Source of the DNA: Thermoplasmata archaeon
Lineage (GTDB): Archaea; Thermoplasmatota; Thermoplasmata; Lutacidiplasmatales; UBA184
Direction of reading: 5' to 3'
Length of the DNA: 64,000 nucleotides
NCBI GenBank assembly: GCA_021796385.1
Contig: JAJYXQ010000043.1
Span: 2,202 to 66,201, forward strand
Under the pieces are notes generated by a model, which did no database searches, was not told the DNA's origin, and was given only the letters and a program-made list of their open reading frames with translations. Position numbers and translations under genes: made by a program. Shown piece by piece: positions 16,622 to 26,021 of this stretch (its first letter is position 1; each line of letters begins with the position of its first letter).

Positions 16622-17170
16622 ATGGATTCTCCTGTTGGCGACGAGCGAAAGTGGTGGGACTCCCTTCCTTCCGAGGTGAAGAAGAAGGTCAGGGACTTTG
16701 TGAATCAGTCGGAGGTGGATCTGGACCTTTCGACCATCGAGGCGCACATTGCTGAAGCCGGGGACTTCCTCGACCCGATCCGGGAGAAGCTCGCGCAATT
16801 GAACGAAACACTCGCGACCGTCCGCACGAGCCTGGAGGCGGCGATGTTCAGCTACTATCAGCTAGACGGCGAGGTCAGGGATTTCATTTCCGAAGATGGA
16901 CACAAAATGGAAGACCTCCAAGAAGTTCTCTGGCGACGCCTGGGAGACCCAAGGGGGCGCGTATCCTTGATAGCTCGTCGGTTGAAGACGCTGGACAGTC
17001 TCTTAGAGGAAATGGACCTCGCACTGGACCCTGACACTTCCCCTTTCCTCGAAGAGCAGTTGGAGATAGCAAGGCGAGCTGGGGACCTAGCGAAGGTGGG
17101 ATTGCTGGGCAAGACCATCCGAATGAAGAGGCGGCTTAAAGCGGGTCCGACTTCAACCATGCCTCGATAG
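16622..17170 (+). CDS. hypothetical coiled-coil protein
   Basis: ATG at 16622 with GAGGAG 8 nt upstream; 182 aa, charged and helical; convergent with the integrase. Confidence 0.4.
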   Translation: MDSPVGDERKWWDSLPSEVKKKVRDFVNQSEVDLDLSTIEAHIAEAGDFLDPIREKLAQLNETLATVRTSLEAAMFSYYQLDGEVRDFISEDGHKMEDLQEVLWRRLGDPRGRVSLIARRLKTLDSLLEEMDLALDPDTSPFLEEQLEIARRAGDLAKVGLLGKTIRMKRRLKAGPTSTMPR

Positions 17171-17274
17171 GGCTCGCCCTTCGAATATCCTTTCGATGCT
17201 TTTACGGTTCGCAGGCTCGACACGGGGGGACTCGGTAAGGTTAGGTCTGGTCTGTATTCGTTCTCTCCACGGGG

Positions 17275-18582
17275 TTACTGCCCCGGCGGGTTCAGCACGA
17301 CCTGATGCCCATTGAGGGCCGTCACGACCGTCCATCCTTCGTCGAGGTACTGGGGTAGCTCCGACGCCTCCACGAGCTTTTGCTTCTGCCGTGGGGCTGC
17401 GCTGGTCATCTTGTCTTTGACCAATTGTTGGAACACTTGCGGATCGAGGAGGTCCTTGTCGGCCAGATCCTCGTCAGAATATCCAAGCCCAAGGAGCATG
17501 ACCTTCGCAATGTTGGCCTGAGTGTCCTGCGCTCCCTTGGTGGGAATCGTGGACAGGAAGGGCTCGCACCGAGAGTAAGACTGTCTCATGTCTTCGATGA
17601 GTTCCTTGGGAAGGCGGCCCTTGTTCGTGGTGTATCGTGCTTCCATGGACCCCTTATGCCCCATCCAGAAGACCCGGTAATCGTGGGCCACCTTTCCTTT
17701 GCTCTCGGCAAGGAGCAACTGGGTGTCGAAGTAGGCACGGAGGACGTAGGGTCGCCAGGATAGACCTGCCTCACGCATGCCGTGTCGAATGAGCGCGCTG
17801 ACATTGAAGGTCCACATGAAGGGTTGTTTTCCCCTAAGCGTCTCATCTCCGGCTTCGGGTCGGATGATGCCGCTCCGAGGGGTGAGAATCTCACCTCTTC
17901 TCACTCGAGCCTCGAGGTACTCCTTTAGGTACTCGCATCCCTCTTCACCGAGGAACGTGAAATAGCGATGTCGTGCCTTCGAAAGCTCGGGGCGTACGAG
18001 CACTAAGGCGGGAACGTGGGTGAATCCAATGTTGGTGCCTTGGATCTCAAGGTCGGTGATATCACCTACACGAAGACCATCTTCCCCTCGATAGTGAGCA
18101 ATGACCTCGGGTCTGAGCCCGGAGAAAGCCATGAGGGCGGCGGCCACCCGTGCCCGGGGTTTGCACGTGTGGAAGATATGTCTCAATTCATCTTGTGTCG
18201 GGGTGCGCTCCTCGGCGATGGATGGGTTGAACTGGGCTCCCTTGATCTTGATGGATCGGGTCACCCGGATGCCATGGAACGAAAGCCATGATTTTACGGC
18301 TGCGATCCTCGTGCGGGTGGTCGACCCCGCGATTCCCCGATTCTGCTCGCTCGAAATGTAATCAAGAATGAGTGCATGGATTCGATCCTCATCCAGCTTC
18401 AACAATGATTTGGGGTCATTTTTCGAGGCCAAGCAAAAGTGCCTGAGGCTCCGGGCAGAAGAATCCGCGGTGGTCATGGAACCCCGCCCCATGTTCTGGT
18501 ACCACCGGTTGATGTCTGGGTCCTGTAGGAACGACCGTATCTCCTGGCCGTCGGAAAGTCTTCGGGGCATGTTTGACCTCAT
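17275..18582 (-). CDS. tyrosine recombinase / phage-type integrase
   Basis: 435 aa; the C-terminal catalytic region has the R...H..R...Y pattern (GLRPEVIAHYRGED...; PYVLRAYFDTQLL; VFWMGHKGSMEARY). Confidence 0.8.
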   Translation of the reverse strand: MRSNMPRRLSDGQEIRSFLQDPDINRWYQNMGRGSMTTADSSARSLRHFCLASKNDPKSLLKLDEDRIHALILDYISSEQNRGIAGSTTRTRIAAVKSWLSFHGIRVTRSIKIKGAQFNPSIAEERTPTQDELRHIFHTCKPRARVAAALMAFSGLRPEVIAHYRGEDGLRVGDITDLEIQGTNIGFTHVPALVLVRPELSKARHRYFTFLGEEGCEYLKEYLEARVRRGEILTPRSGIIRPEAGDETLRGKQPFMWTFNVSALIRHGMREAGLSWRPYVLRAYFDTQLLLAESKGKVAHDYRVFWMGHKGSMEARYTTNKGRLPKELIEDMRQSYSRCEPFLSTIPTKGAQDTQANIAKVMLLGLGYSDEDLADKDLLDPQVFQQLVKDKMTSAAPRQKQKLVEASELPQYLDEGWTVVTALNGHQVVLNPPGQ

Positions 18583-18606
18583 GACAGGGGTGTATTAAAA
18601 CGTATC

Positions 18607-19374
18607 TTGCATGAGATACAGGACTACGCAAATGAATCTCTTGCCGACATGCTCCGACAAGGTCGGGAGTACGGAGTGCACATCTGGGCGGCTACACAGT
18701 CGATCGCCGCTTTGCCGGAAGGGTTGCGAGAGGCGTTGGTCACAAACGCGAAGGACGTCATCCTCTTCCGTGGGTCCCCGTCGGATGCTCGGTTTGCTCG
18801 GGACGAGCTCGGACTGCCTCCCGAGGACTCACCAATGACATTGGCCCGGGGTGAGGCGTTCGCGTTTTTAGGAAAGTCCTCGTACATCCGACGGTTCCGC
18901 ATGAGAACGCCTTCGGCATCGCTCGGTCAGAGTGCTCTGGAAGGCCGTTATGTGCGTCTTGTCGACCAGTCTCGTCCGTTCTGGGCTAGGCAACAACCCC
19001 CACACCGGGCAATTACCAGCGTTGGGCCCACGCATCCTCCTTCCTCGGAAACCCCATTCAAGGACATCCTGCTGACACTCTTCGCAGGGGCCACAGCCAT
19101 GGGAGCAGAACACGAGTTCCAGGTTAGCGTATCCTTGGTCCGCGTCCTTTTCCAAGGGAACGAAGAGCTTACGCGGAGTTTCGGCCGATTCCTAGTTCAC
19201 AATGGGGTACTGATTCGGACACTTCGATCTGGCAAAATTCGCTGGTGGGTGCTTTCAACTCAAGGGCTTGGGAAGTTCCCGGGCACGTCTCCATCTCCGG
19301 AGATGCTTTCTGAAGCGCTGAACCGATACCATCGGGCGCTATCCTCTCTGGAAGCTCCGCATTTTGAAAAATGA
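18607..19374 (+). pseudogene. C-terminal fragment of a conjugative-type P-loop ATPase (VirB4/TrbE/HerA-FtsK-like), 5'-truncated
   Basis: Begins at MHEIQDY... (at the position of the DEAH Walker-B box) and continues with RQGREYGVHIWAATQSIAALPEGL...VILFRGSPSD, typical of the post-Walker-B region. No Walker A lies upstream, where the integrase gene sits. Confidence 0.4.
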
Positions 19375-19405
19375 AGTAGAGGAAAGACCGGAATAATCTT
19401 TTAAC

Positions 19406-20197
19406 TTGATTGACGTATCCGTCCCCGTGAATGCAGATTCCCCCCATTTAGACTTGCCCCGGTGCCCTACGGGTATCGAGGGCCTAGACAACATCTTGGA
19501 TGGAGGGTTTCCTCGGGGTTCCACGATTTTGCTCACGGGGAGCTGTGGGACGGGAAAGACCACGCTGGGTCTCGAGTACCTTGTCCGAGGAGCAAACGCC
19601 GGGGAGCGATCCATGTTCCTTTCGGTCACGGAAGCATCCGACCGGATTGTGCAGAATCTGGCTACCTTTGAGTTCTTCGACCGAAAGATCTTGGATGACG
19701 GGAAACTGGTCTTTATCGACGTTCCGATCCTCTACGAGAAGCTAGGCCTCTCCAAACAAGAACTCACCCCCGAGGATATTGACCTCTTGATTACAGCGAT
19801 TGTTGATCTGGCGAACACATTGAAGATTCAGCGACTGGTCCTGGACTCGGTCACTTCGGTCTGTTTCCGGATACGCCACGAGGAGAAGATCCGAGATTTC
19901 ATCTTGAAGTTGGGTAAGTCGCTCTCAGATATCGACTGCACGACGTTGCTTGTCAGCGAGATTGGCCCCCAAGCGGACCGTTACTCTCTTTATGGCGTGG
20001 AGGAGAACATTGCCGATGGGGTCATATTGCTCGGCAACATCCAGCGTCAGGGGGATCTTCTTCGAACCCTGCAGATTATCAAGGTTCGGGGTGCGACGCA
20101 TAGCCGGGCCCAGTACGTGATCGAGATCACCCCGCTGGGCATCTTCTTGGCACCGTTCCTTAAAGGGGGTGGGCGGACTAGCACCGGGAATGGCTGA
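19406..20197 (+). CDS. KaiC-like RecA-superfamily ATPase (intact P-loop)
   Basis: RCPTGIEGLDNILDGGFPRGSTILLTGSCGTGKTTLGLEYL (Walker A); Walker B LVLDSVTS; 263 aa. Confidence 0.8.
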   Translation: MIDVSVPVNADSPHLDLPRCPTGIEGLDNILDGGFPRGSTILLTGSCGTGKTTLGLEYLVRGANAGERSMFLSVTEASDRIVQNLATFEFFDRKILDDGKLVFIDVPILYEKLGLSKQELTPEDIDLLITAIVDLANTLKIQRLVLDSVTSVCFRIRHEEKIRDFILKLGKSLSDIDCTTLLVSEIGPQADRYSLYGVEENIADGVILLGNIQRQGDLLRTLQIIKVRGATHSRAQYVIEITPLGIFLAPFLKGGGRTSTGNG

Positions 20198-20789
20198 ATC
20201 ATCCTCCGCATCACAGCTCGCCGAAGGTCTGCGGAGCATGCCCCATAGCTCCGCGGTCCTAGTTCGCCTCAAAGGGGCGACGTACACGGACAGTTATTTT
20301 GCGGCCCTTTCGGCGGTGCTCCGAGAATACGCGATGGAGGTCAAGGGCTACGTGGTCTACCTCTCGGTAACTAATCCGGCCGCGCTCTTGATCGACATTT
20401 TAGGCTCGGTCGACATCCCGACCAAGAACGTCTCCTTCATCGACGTCACGAGCTACATGATGGTGGACAAGGCCCAGCGGGCCCCGAACACCACCTATGT
20501 CGAAAGTCCAACGATGCTCGAGACCATCATGCTCCGGGTAGAGTACCTCCTTCGCCGGAGCACCAGCGAGCGCAAGATCGTGGTTCTGGACTCCATTAGT
20601 TCCCTCGCCATCCACAACAACGTCCCGATCCTCCAGGAGTTCCTCCACATCTTGGTCAACAAGTTGAAATCCATCGGAGCCACGACGATCCTGTTCACCG
20701 TGATCGAAGAGACGGCACCAGAACTGTCGAACGTCCTTTCGCTCATCTCCGACGCAAATGTGACCCTTGAAGGAGGTGGGCAGCCATGA
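20190..20789 (+). CDS. KaiC-like domain protein with a degenerate P-loop
   Basis: RecA-like fold (KGYVVYLSVTNP...KIVVLDSISSL) with no GxxGxGKT; ATG at 20190 overlaps the upstream stop (ATGGCTGA); the alternative start at 20169 gives 206 aa. Confidence 0.55.
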   Translation: MAESSSASQLAEGLRSMPHSSAVLVRLKGATYTDSYFAALSAVLREYAMEVKGYVVYLSVTNPAALLIDILGSVDIPTKNVSFIDVTSYMMVDKAQRAPNTTYVESPTMLETIMLRVEYLLRRSTSERKIVVLDSISSLAIHNNVPILQEFLHILVNKLKSIGATTILFTVIEETAPELSNVLSLISDANVTLEGGGQP

Positions 20790-21568
20790 CGGAGAAGTCT
20801 TCCAAGGAGGCGATCTTCGGAATCCCGGAGGTCGACGATGAGCTTGGTGGTGTCCTACCGAAAGGTTGGGCAGGTATCGTGACCGGGGCGCCAGGGAGCG
20901 GGATCGAGCTCTTGGCCAAACAGTTTGCCAGCTTCGCTCCGGAACGGATGCCGGTCTATTACTACACCACAATGGAGCGGACCGAGGACATCCTCAGCGC
21001 ACTCCGCAATTTTGGGTGGAGGGAGAATCTGAACCTGGTCAACATCCTCGAAGAGTACTACGACCAAGTCCTTTCCCGGAACCTCGAGGTGAGCCGGTTT
21101 CGAGAAATGGGGATTTCCCCGGAGGACATCTCCCAGTTCACGATGAAGGGGATACAGGGTAAGCGCGTCAATTTCGTCACCCGGATGATCAACGATCTCG
21201 CCACCCTCGACAAGCCGTTCCGGCTCGTGGTGGATTCGTTGGACTTCTTCCTTGAGCAGGCCGAGACCAGCGATGTCATATCGATGGTTCGCCAGATCCG
21301 ATACCGCGCACAGCGGGTCGGAGGTCGTGCACTGATGACGTTGACCCCTGACATCCACGACCATCGCATTACTGGTACGCTCGGAACCATCGCCGATGTC
21401 CTCCTGAACCTTGAGGTAGAAGAGCGTGCGACCAAGTTTCAGTACGCCATCGCCATCGAAAAAGTCCGGAACCATCCCGAGTCGACCGGGCTCATCCGGG
21501 TCAATGTCGGAGACCAAGGCATTGCGAGTGCCGGATCCGAAGACAAGAGCCGTTTCTCGGCCGCCTAA
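20786..21568 (+). CDS. KaiC-like domain protein with a degenerate Walker A (GAPGSGIE, no Lys)
   Basis: IFGIPEVDDELGGVLPKGWAGIVTGAPGSGIELL...FRLVVDSLDF; ATGA overlap with the upstream gene; 260 aa. Confidence 0.65.
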   Translation: MTEKSSKEAIFGIPEVDDELGGVLPKGWAGIVTGAPGSGIELLAKQFASFAPERMPVYYYTTMERTEDILSALRNFGWRENLNLVNILEEYYDQVLSRNLEVSRFREMGISPEDISQFTMKGIQGKRVNFVTRMINDLATLDKPFRLVVDSLDFFLEQAETSDVISMVRQIRYRAQRVGGRALMTLTPDIHDHRITGTLGTIADVLLNLEVEERATKFQYAIAIEKVRNHPESTGLIRVNVGDQGIASAGSEDKSRFSAA

Positions 21569-24435
21569 CCAGTATCGTCTTTTTTCGGCGGAGGGTTCTC
21601 GCTCGCCCGGTCCTTCTTCGGGCGTTCCGGCACCTGGGTCATGACTTTGATGAACATCCGGTGGATGTCCTCGGGTCTCGGACCGGTTTGAGGGGTCCGG
21701 GAAGTCCCGGCAGACAGCCGCGTAGGACCCGAGCGAATGTCGTTGACAAACGTATCGAACTCGGCAAGGGTCTCATTCACGGTAGAGGCGTCGTACCCTT
21801 GGCTGGGAAGGCTACGGAGCGAATTGCGCACGAGTTGGGCATACGTGGCGAGCTCATCTCCGGGCTCCTCGGATCCATCCCGGGACTTTCCTCCCTCAGC
21901 AAGGGCGGCGGTGGATTCTACGTCATGGATGACCGACTCCATGCCCGTCTTGCCGAGATAGCCTTCGAGGAACCCTTTGAAAAGCGTGAGGGCCCACTGG
22001 AGACCGGCCGTCCCGCGTCGCGGGGAAGAGTCGACGGCTGTCCGGTCAAGTGCCTCCAGGACCCCCCTCACTCGAACCGCGTAATCGATTAGGGGTTCTC
22101 CGGGATTCCATGGTACGTTCACATCCTGCGACCACTTCCGGCTCGTTTCCTCCAAGGTCTTAGAGAGAGCGGACATTTCCCGCTCGCTCAGCCCGCGATG
22201 TGCCTCCATGAGGCTCGCCGAGACGGCTTTGGCCATCTGAAGGGAAACAGGAGGTGAGGAGGCGCCGGAAGGATGTTCCAATTGGGCCCTTTGGATGTAT
22301 TCCTTCGCGGGCTCATTCTGTTGGCGGATCACCCCCGTTGCATAGGCCGCCCGAAAGGCCGATGCTTCCCAGTCCACCTGGCTCATCGCAGGTTTTGTCG
22401 AGGGTGCCGTGGAGGGAGACGCCGCCCTCGGAGCCCCGTCGGAACTCGTAGGGGAAGGAGCGCTGGCTCCGGGCACGGACGGAGGGGTCTGCACCGGTTC
22501 CTGGGGCTCGGGAACCTCCCTTCGTGGTAATGGACGGGTCGTGGCTCGGCCGATAACTGCTTCGAAGATCTGGTTGACCCTCGCCACGCTCTCCTTGGGT
22601 GGAATGGCTGCCGGGATAGAACTTCCGGAGCTCGCATCATCCGACCCCTTCAGGTCTGTGACCAAGGCGTCAAACTCCCGAAGGATACGTCCCAATTCTT
22701 CCGGAGGGATCGTGCCCGGGCTGAGGGCACTCAGAGCATTCCTCACGAGACGTGCGTACGTTGCCATCTCGTCGCCTGCGTCCTCGGTCGTACTCCGGAA
22801 GACACTTCCGGAGGCGGCCTCTTCGGCAAGGGAGTCCACCAATTGGGCGGTCCGTTGCGGGCCGATTGAACTTTCGAGAAAACCTCGGAACAGGGCGAGC
22901 GCCCACTGGAATCCGGCCATCGTGTTCTTTTGGTCCGGCGCCGCTACGGCGGTACGTTCGAGGGTCGAATAGACACCATTCACTCGGGCAAGGTACTCGT
23001 CCAAAGGTTCCCCCGCATTTCGGGGAACTTTGAGCCGCTCATCGAGTCGTTTGCATTCGGATTCAAGAGAACGAAGGAACTCAGGGAACTTTTTCTCACC
23101 AATCTGGAGACGGGACTGCTCGAGCGTCCGCCGGAGGGCTACGACCAAGATCGCGGGATCAGGGGTTTTCCCTGCAAGTCGAGCCGATTCCAGCGCACCC
23201 CGGAGGGCGTAATCCCGACCCGATTCTCCTTCGTTCCGTAGTGCACCTGTGCTCATCGCAGTGCGGAACGCGGTCGACTCCCAGGGCCCAATCCCATCTT
23301 TGGGGGAGAGGAACTGCATCCCATAGGACGCTCCAATGGTTTGTGCTGCCCGTCGGTCCATCGGGTTTGGTGCGTTCGTCAATAGCGATGGGTCGGGCGA
23401 GGGACTGGAGGCTTGGGGGGTCGCTAGCGGTCGGGTTCCCGGTGATATCGAGGAACGGTCTACCGGTTTCTCAGAAAGCGGGACACCCCCCATCTCCGCA
23501 GCGGATTTTCCATCGACCTGCCGCGCCAACGCCAGTCGAAGGGCTTCGAGCTTGGCACCGGTGAGATCGGTGTAGTCCGCAATGTCTTTGAGACTGGGTT
23601 CCCGTCCCCGAATCTCGGCTTCAGGTCTGAGGGTCGCCTTGACAAGATCGGCGGAGGGTATCCTCGCAACCAGAGCCTTCATGTTCCGAAGTTGGGTTTG
23701 GGTTGCCACCCACTTCTCACGCTCTAGCACTACGTAATCTGGGGTGCTTTCGGGGATCCCATCTTCCTCACCTTCCGGAACAAGGGCCGCCAATGTTCCC
23801 CCTACTGTCGCAATTCCCCCCACAAGCAGGAACACAACCCACAAGGGGTAGTATCGGTCTCCGATGCGGTCGTAGCTGCCCCAGAAAAGTATCGAGATAA
23901 CGATGGCAGCGACCCCGAAGAAGAGAAGGGGGGCACTCGATTCAAACCCTTCCAGAAGTTCCTGGGTCCGGCTGGGGATGGAACGAGACTTAGTAGGGTT
24001 ATCCAAGCGCGGCTCCTGTTCCCGAACAACCTGACGGTCCTTGGCTGCGACAGAATTGCCTCCAAGCACAAACCGTATGAGCGGAAGGAACCAGAGCAGA
24101 ACTCCAATCACAAGGAACGTTCCTATGGGTAGAAGCAGTGCCCCTTCGACCGCCGTAGGGTCCAAAATGAGAACAGACAGTCCCAAGATGGTCAGGATCG
24201 TGGCTGCAGAAAGGAGTAAAAGGAAGGCCAGTCGAGGGCGGTAGATGTCGGTACGGGTCATGCTGCGTCTCCGTGCCCGCCGAATGCGTTTTGACAAGGT
24301 CTTGCGAGAGAACTCGGGAACAGTGGATTTTGGACGGATCTTAGCGGACCGTGAAGGGGCACGCCATTCCCGGATAGGCGGTTGTTTCTTCGCTCGAGAC
24401 GCTTGGGGAAGGGTCGCCATCCAGGTGTACAGCAC
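21565..24435 (-). CDS. hypothetical polytopic membrane protein (basic N-terminus, 4 TM, large soluble region with internal duplication)
   Basis: 956 aa; TM helices LAFLLLLSAATILTILGLSVLIL, ALLLPIGTFLVIGVLLWFLPLI, LLFFGVAAIVISILFW and LWVVFLLVGGIATVGG; its 3' end overlaps the third KaiC-like gene by 4 nt, convergently. Confidence 0.6.
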   Translation of the reverse strand: MLYTWMATLPQASRAKKQPPIREWRAPSRSAKIRPKSTVPEFSRKTLSKRIRRARRRSMTRTDIYRPRLAFLLLLSAATILTILGLSVLILDPTAVEGALLLPIGTFLVIGVLLWFLPLIRFVLGGNSVAAKDRQVVREQEPRLDNPTKSRSIPSRTQELLEGFESSAPLLFFGVAAIVISILFWGSYDRIGDRYYPLWVVFLLVGGIATVGGTLAALVPEGEEDGIPESTPDYVVLEREKWVATQTQLRNMKALVARIPSADLVKATLRPEAEIRGREPSLKDIADYTDLTGAKLEALRLALARQVDGKSAAEMGGVPLSEKPVDRSSISPGTRPLATPQASSPSPDPSLLTNAPNPMDRRAAQTIGASYGMQFLSPKDGIGPWESTAFRTAMSTGALRNEGESGRDYALRGALESARLAGKTPDPAILVVALRRTLEQSRLQIGEKKFPEFLRSLESECKRLDERLKVPRNAGEPLDEYLARVNGVYSTLERTAVAAPDQKNTMAGFQWALALFRGFLESSIGPQRTAQLVDSLAEEAASGSVFRSTTEDAGDEMATYARLVRNALSALSPGTIPPEELGRILREFDALVTDLKGSDDASSGSSIPAAIPPKESVARVNQIFEAVIGRATTRPLPRREVPEPQEPVQTPPSVPGASAPSPTSSDGAPRAASPSTAPSTKPAMSQVDWEASAFRAAYATGVIRQQNEPAKEYIQRAQLEHPSGASSPPVSLQMAKAVSASLMEAHRGLSEREMSALSKTLEETSRKWSQDVNVPWNPGEPLIDYAVRVRGVLEALDRTAVDSSPRRGTAGLQWALTLFKGFLEGYLGKTGMESVIHDVESTAALAEGGKSRDGSEEPGDELATYAQLVRNSLRSLPSQGYDASTVNETLAEFDTFVNDIRSGPTRLSAGTSRTPQTGPRPEDIHRMFIKVMTQVPERPKKDRASENPPPKKDDTG
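21727..22371 (-). repeat. second copy (about aa 689-903) of an intragenic ~215-aa tandem domain duplication
   Basis: WEASAFRAAYATGVIRQQNE...PWNPGEPLIDYAVRVRGVLEALDRTAV...GLQWALTLFKGFLEG...GDELATYAQLVRNSLRSL...LAEFDTFVNDIRSG parallels aa 385-600. Confidence 0.55.
22636..23283 (-). repeat. first copy (about aa 385-600) of the intragenic tandem domain duplication
   Basis: WESTAFRTAMSTGALRNEGE...PRNAGEPLDEYLARVNGVYSTLERTAV...GFQWALALFRGFLES...GDEMATYARLVRNALSAL...LREFDALVTDLKGS. Confidence 0.55.
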
Positions 24436-24706
24436 GCTTACTCAGTCTTTGAATCTATCGGACCCTTTAGGACCCAAGAAAAGGTCGATTTATCTGAGAT
24501 TGACCCCTCAACAAACACGGTCCAGACCGATTTGCGAAAGAGAACCGATAAAGCTGGATCCCGGGTTTCACACAATGCGTAACGCATGTGGCCCCCACAA
24601 CGTTCACTGCGCAAAGTGTACGGCGCAATCGGTCGGATTACTTGGCCGACCGCAGGTATAGGCATCTCGCAGTGTTGACGGGAAAATCCGGAGAAGAGCG
24701 GTCGCC

Positions 24707-25897
24707 CTAAGCCCATCGGTCGATGAGCTCCTCCGTCGTGGCGTAAAGGACCTTTTGCCCGCTGAACGAACGTTTGGAAGCATAGAAGGCCGCCTTGGCT
24801 GAGTTGACGGCGATCACGGGGTAGCTCGTGCCGATCGGGGCGACGACCATGCAAGTGTCTTGTATGACCTTCACTCCTGCAGCCGTAAGAAATGCCACCG
24901 TGTCCGGGTTCTCCTGGATCACCTGACGGTTCGTGCACACCCATACCTCGATCCGCGGTTTGATTTTTCCCCCCCTCTTTTCTCGGATCACGCGTGCGAG
25001 ATACCGTAACTCTCCAGCAGTAGCGTGGGGACAGCCGATGGCGATCAGACTGGGCTCATCCCCATCCAATCCCAAGGTTCGTTCGAACTGAGTGATCTCT
25101 TCGGGTCCAACATGGTAGGTCTCCAACCCCGACAGCACCTGTCTTTCGGCTTCGTGCGTAACACCCTCTACGTGGAACATGGGGACAGATCCCCAGGCAC
25201 TCATGGCCGAGCCCATGGCTTTCAGGTCGTCGACATCGGGGTGAATACCCCGGATGAATGGGATACGGCTCCCGAGCAATTTCCCCAGGTAGCCTCCGAG
25301 GCTGGAGTAGTGGAGGTCTTTGCTCGATTCCACATTGATGACCGCCTGCGCTCTGCGGCCCTCAGGCAAGTGGAGTCCGTACTCCGGAGTAAACCCGGTA
25401 ACCGCACTTGCAAGCGCGCTCGGCGCTCCCTCTCGGTTGGAAAAGGCACCGATCACGCTGTTTGAATAAATGACCGCCGAGCTCTCGGCCCAGGCGAGGT
25501 GGGCTCCGGGAGGAGGCGAATACTGGGTTGTGTAAGGGGTGCAAGAAAAGGTGGATATCGCACCCATGGCGAGGAGCGAGCGCACGATCCGCTGTTGCTT
25601 CTCTTTGAAATCCTCGCTCGCAGGCACGATCCCGGGGCCGCCTACGTCGTACCCGGCCGGGTTGATGGTTGTCGGCACAGAAAAACGAACTTCTCGTGCG
25701 GCGTCCTCAAGGAACTCCGTGCCCGGTGTCCCCATGGTCTTGAAGGAGATGCCGGAAAGCTGGACCGACCAAACCGGGATAAGCCGGGGAGCGTCATTCA
25801 ACTCCCCCAAGGCGACCAGAATGCGCAACAGTTCGGCGTACCGGGGACCTTTGGCGCCTCCGAGGGCCGCCTCCAAGTCTCGAGAAAGCTCCATCAT
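24707..25897 (-). CDS. aconitase X catalytic-domain (DUF521, AcnX large-subunit-like) protein
   Basis: 396 aa; the N-terminus ELSRDLEAALGGAKGPRYAELLRILVALGELNDAPRLIPVWSVQLSG resembles the DUF521 N-terminus; no AcnX small-subunit (DUF126) gene is adjacent. Confidence 0.55.
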   Translation of the reverse strand: MMELSRDLEAALGGAKGPRYAELLRILVALGELNDAPRLIPVWSVQLSGISFKTMGTPGTEFLEDAAREVRFSVPTTINPAGYDVGGPGIVPASEDFKEKQQRIVRSLLAMGAISTFSCTPYTTQYSPPPGAHLAWAESSAVIYSNSVIGAFSNREGAPSALASAVTGFTPEYGLHLPEGRRAQAVINVESSKDLHYSSLGGYLGKLLGSRIPFIRGIHPDVDDLKAMGSAMSAWGSVPMFHVEGVTHEAERQVLSGLETYHVGPEEITQFERTLGLDGDEPSLIAIGCPHATAGELRYLARVIREKRGGKIKPRIEVWVCTNRQVIQENPDTVAFLTAAGVKVIQDTCMVVAPIGTSYPVIAVNSAKAAFYASKRSFSGQKVLYATTEELIDRWA

Positions 25898-26021
25898 CCG
25901 TCAAACACAGGTCCCCGTATATAATGCGCGGTTCAGGGTCCCCGATTTCCCCAAGCGCAACGCGCACCTTTTCTAAGACGAGAACTCCTGAATCCATCAC
26001 GGTCATTACGGACCAAGAATC

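Larger units (their letters stand above)
13151..18606. mobile_element. putative integrated element: low-GC cargo plus integrase
   Basis: GC falls to ~47 % at 13150; cargo of DUF262+HEPN and HNH; an intact integrase at the far end abuts a 5'-truncated ATPase gene. Boundaries are approximate and no flanking att repeats were identified. Confidence 0.3.

Noticed and set aside
24438-24944. 168-aa minus-strand ORF as the missing AcnX small subunit
   Set aside because: It overlaps the acnX-like gene's 3' end in another frame and has a Gly/Arg/His-rich nonsense composition.
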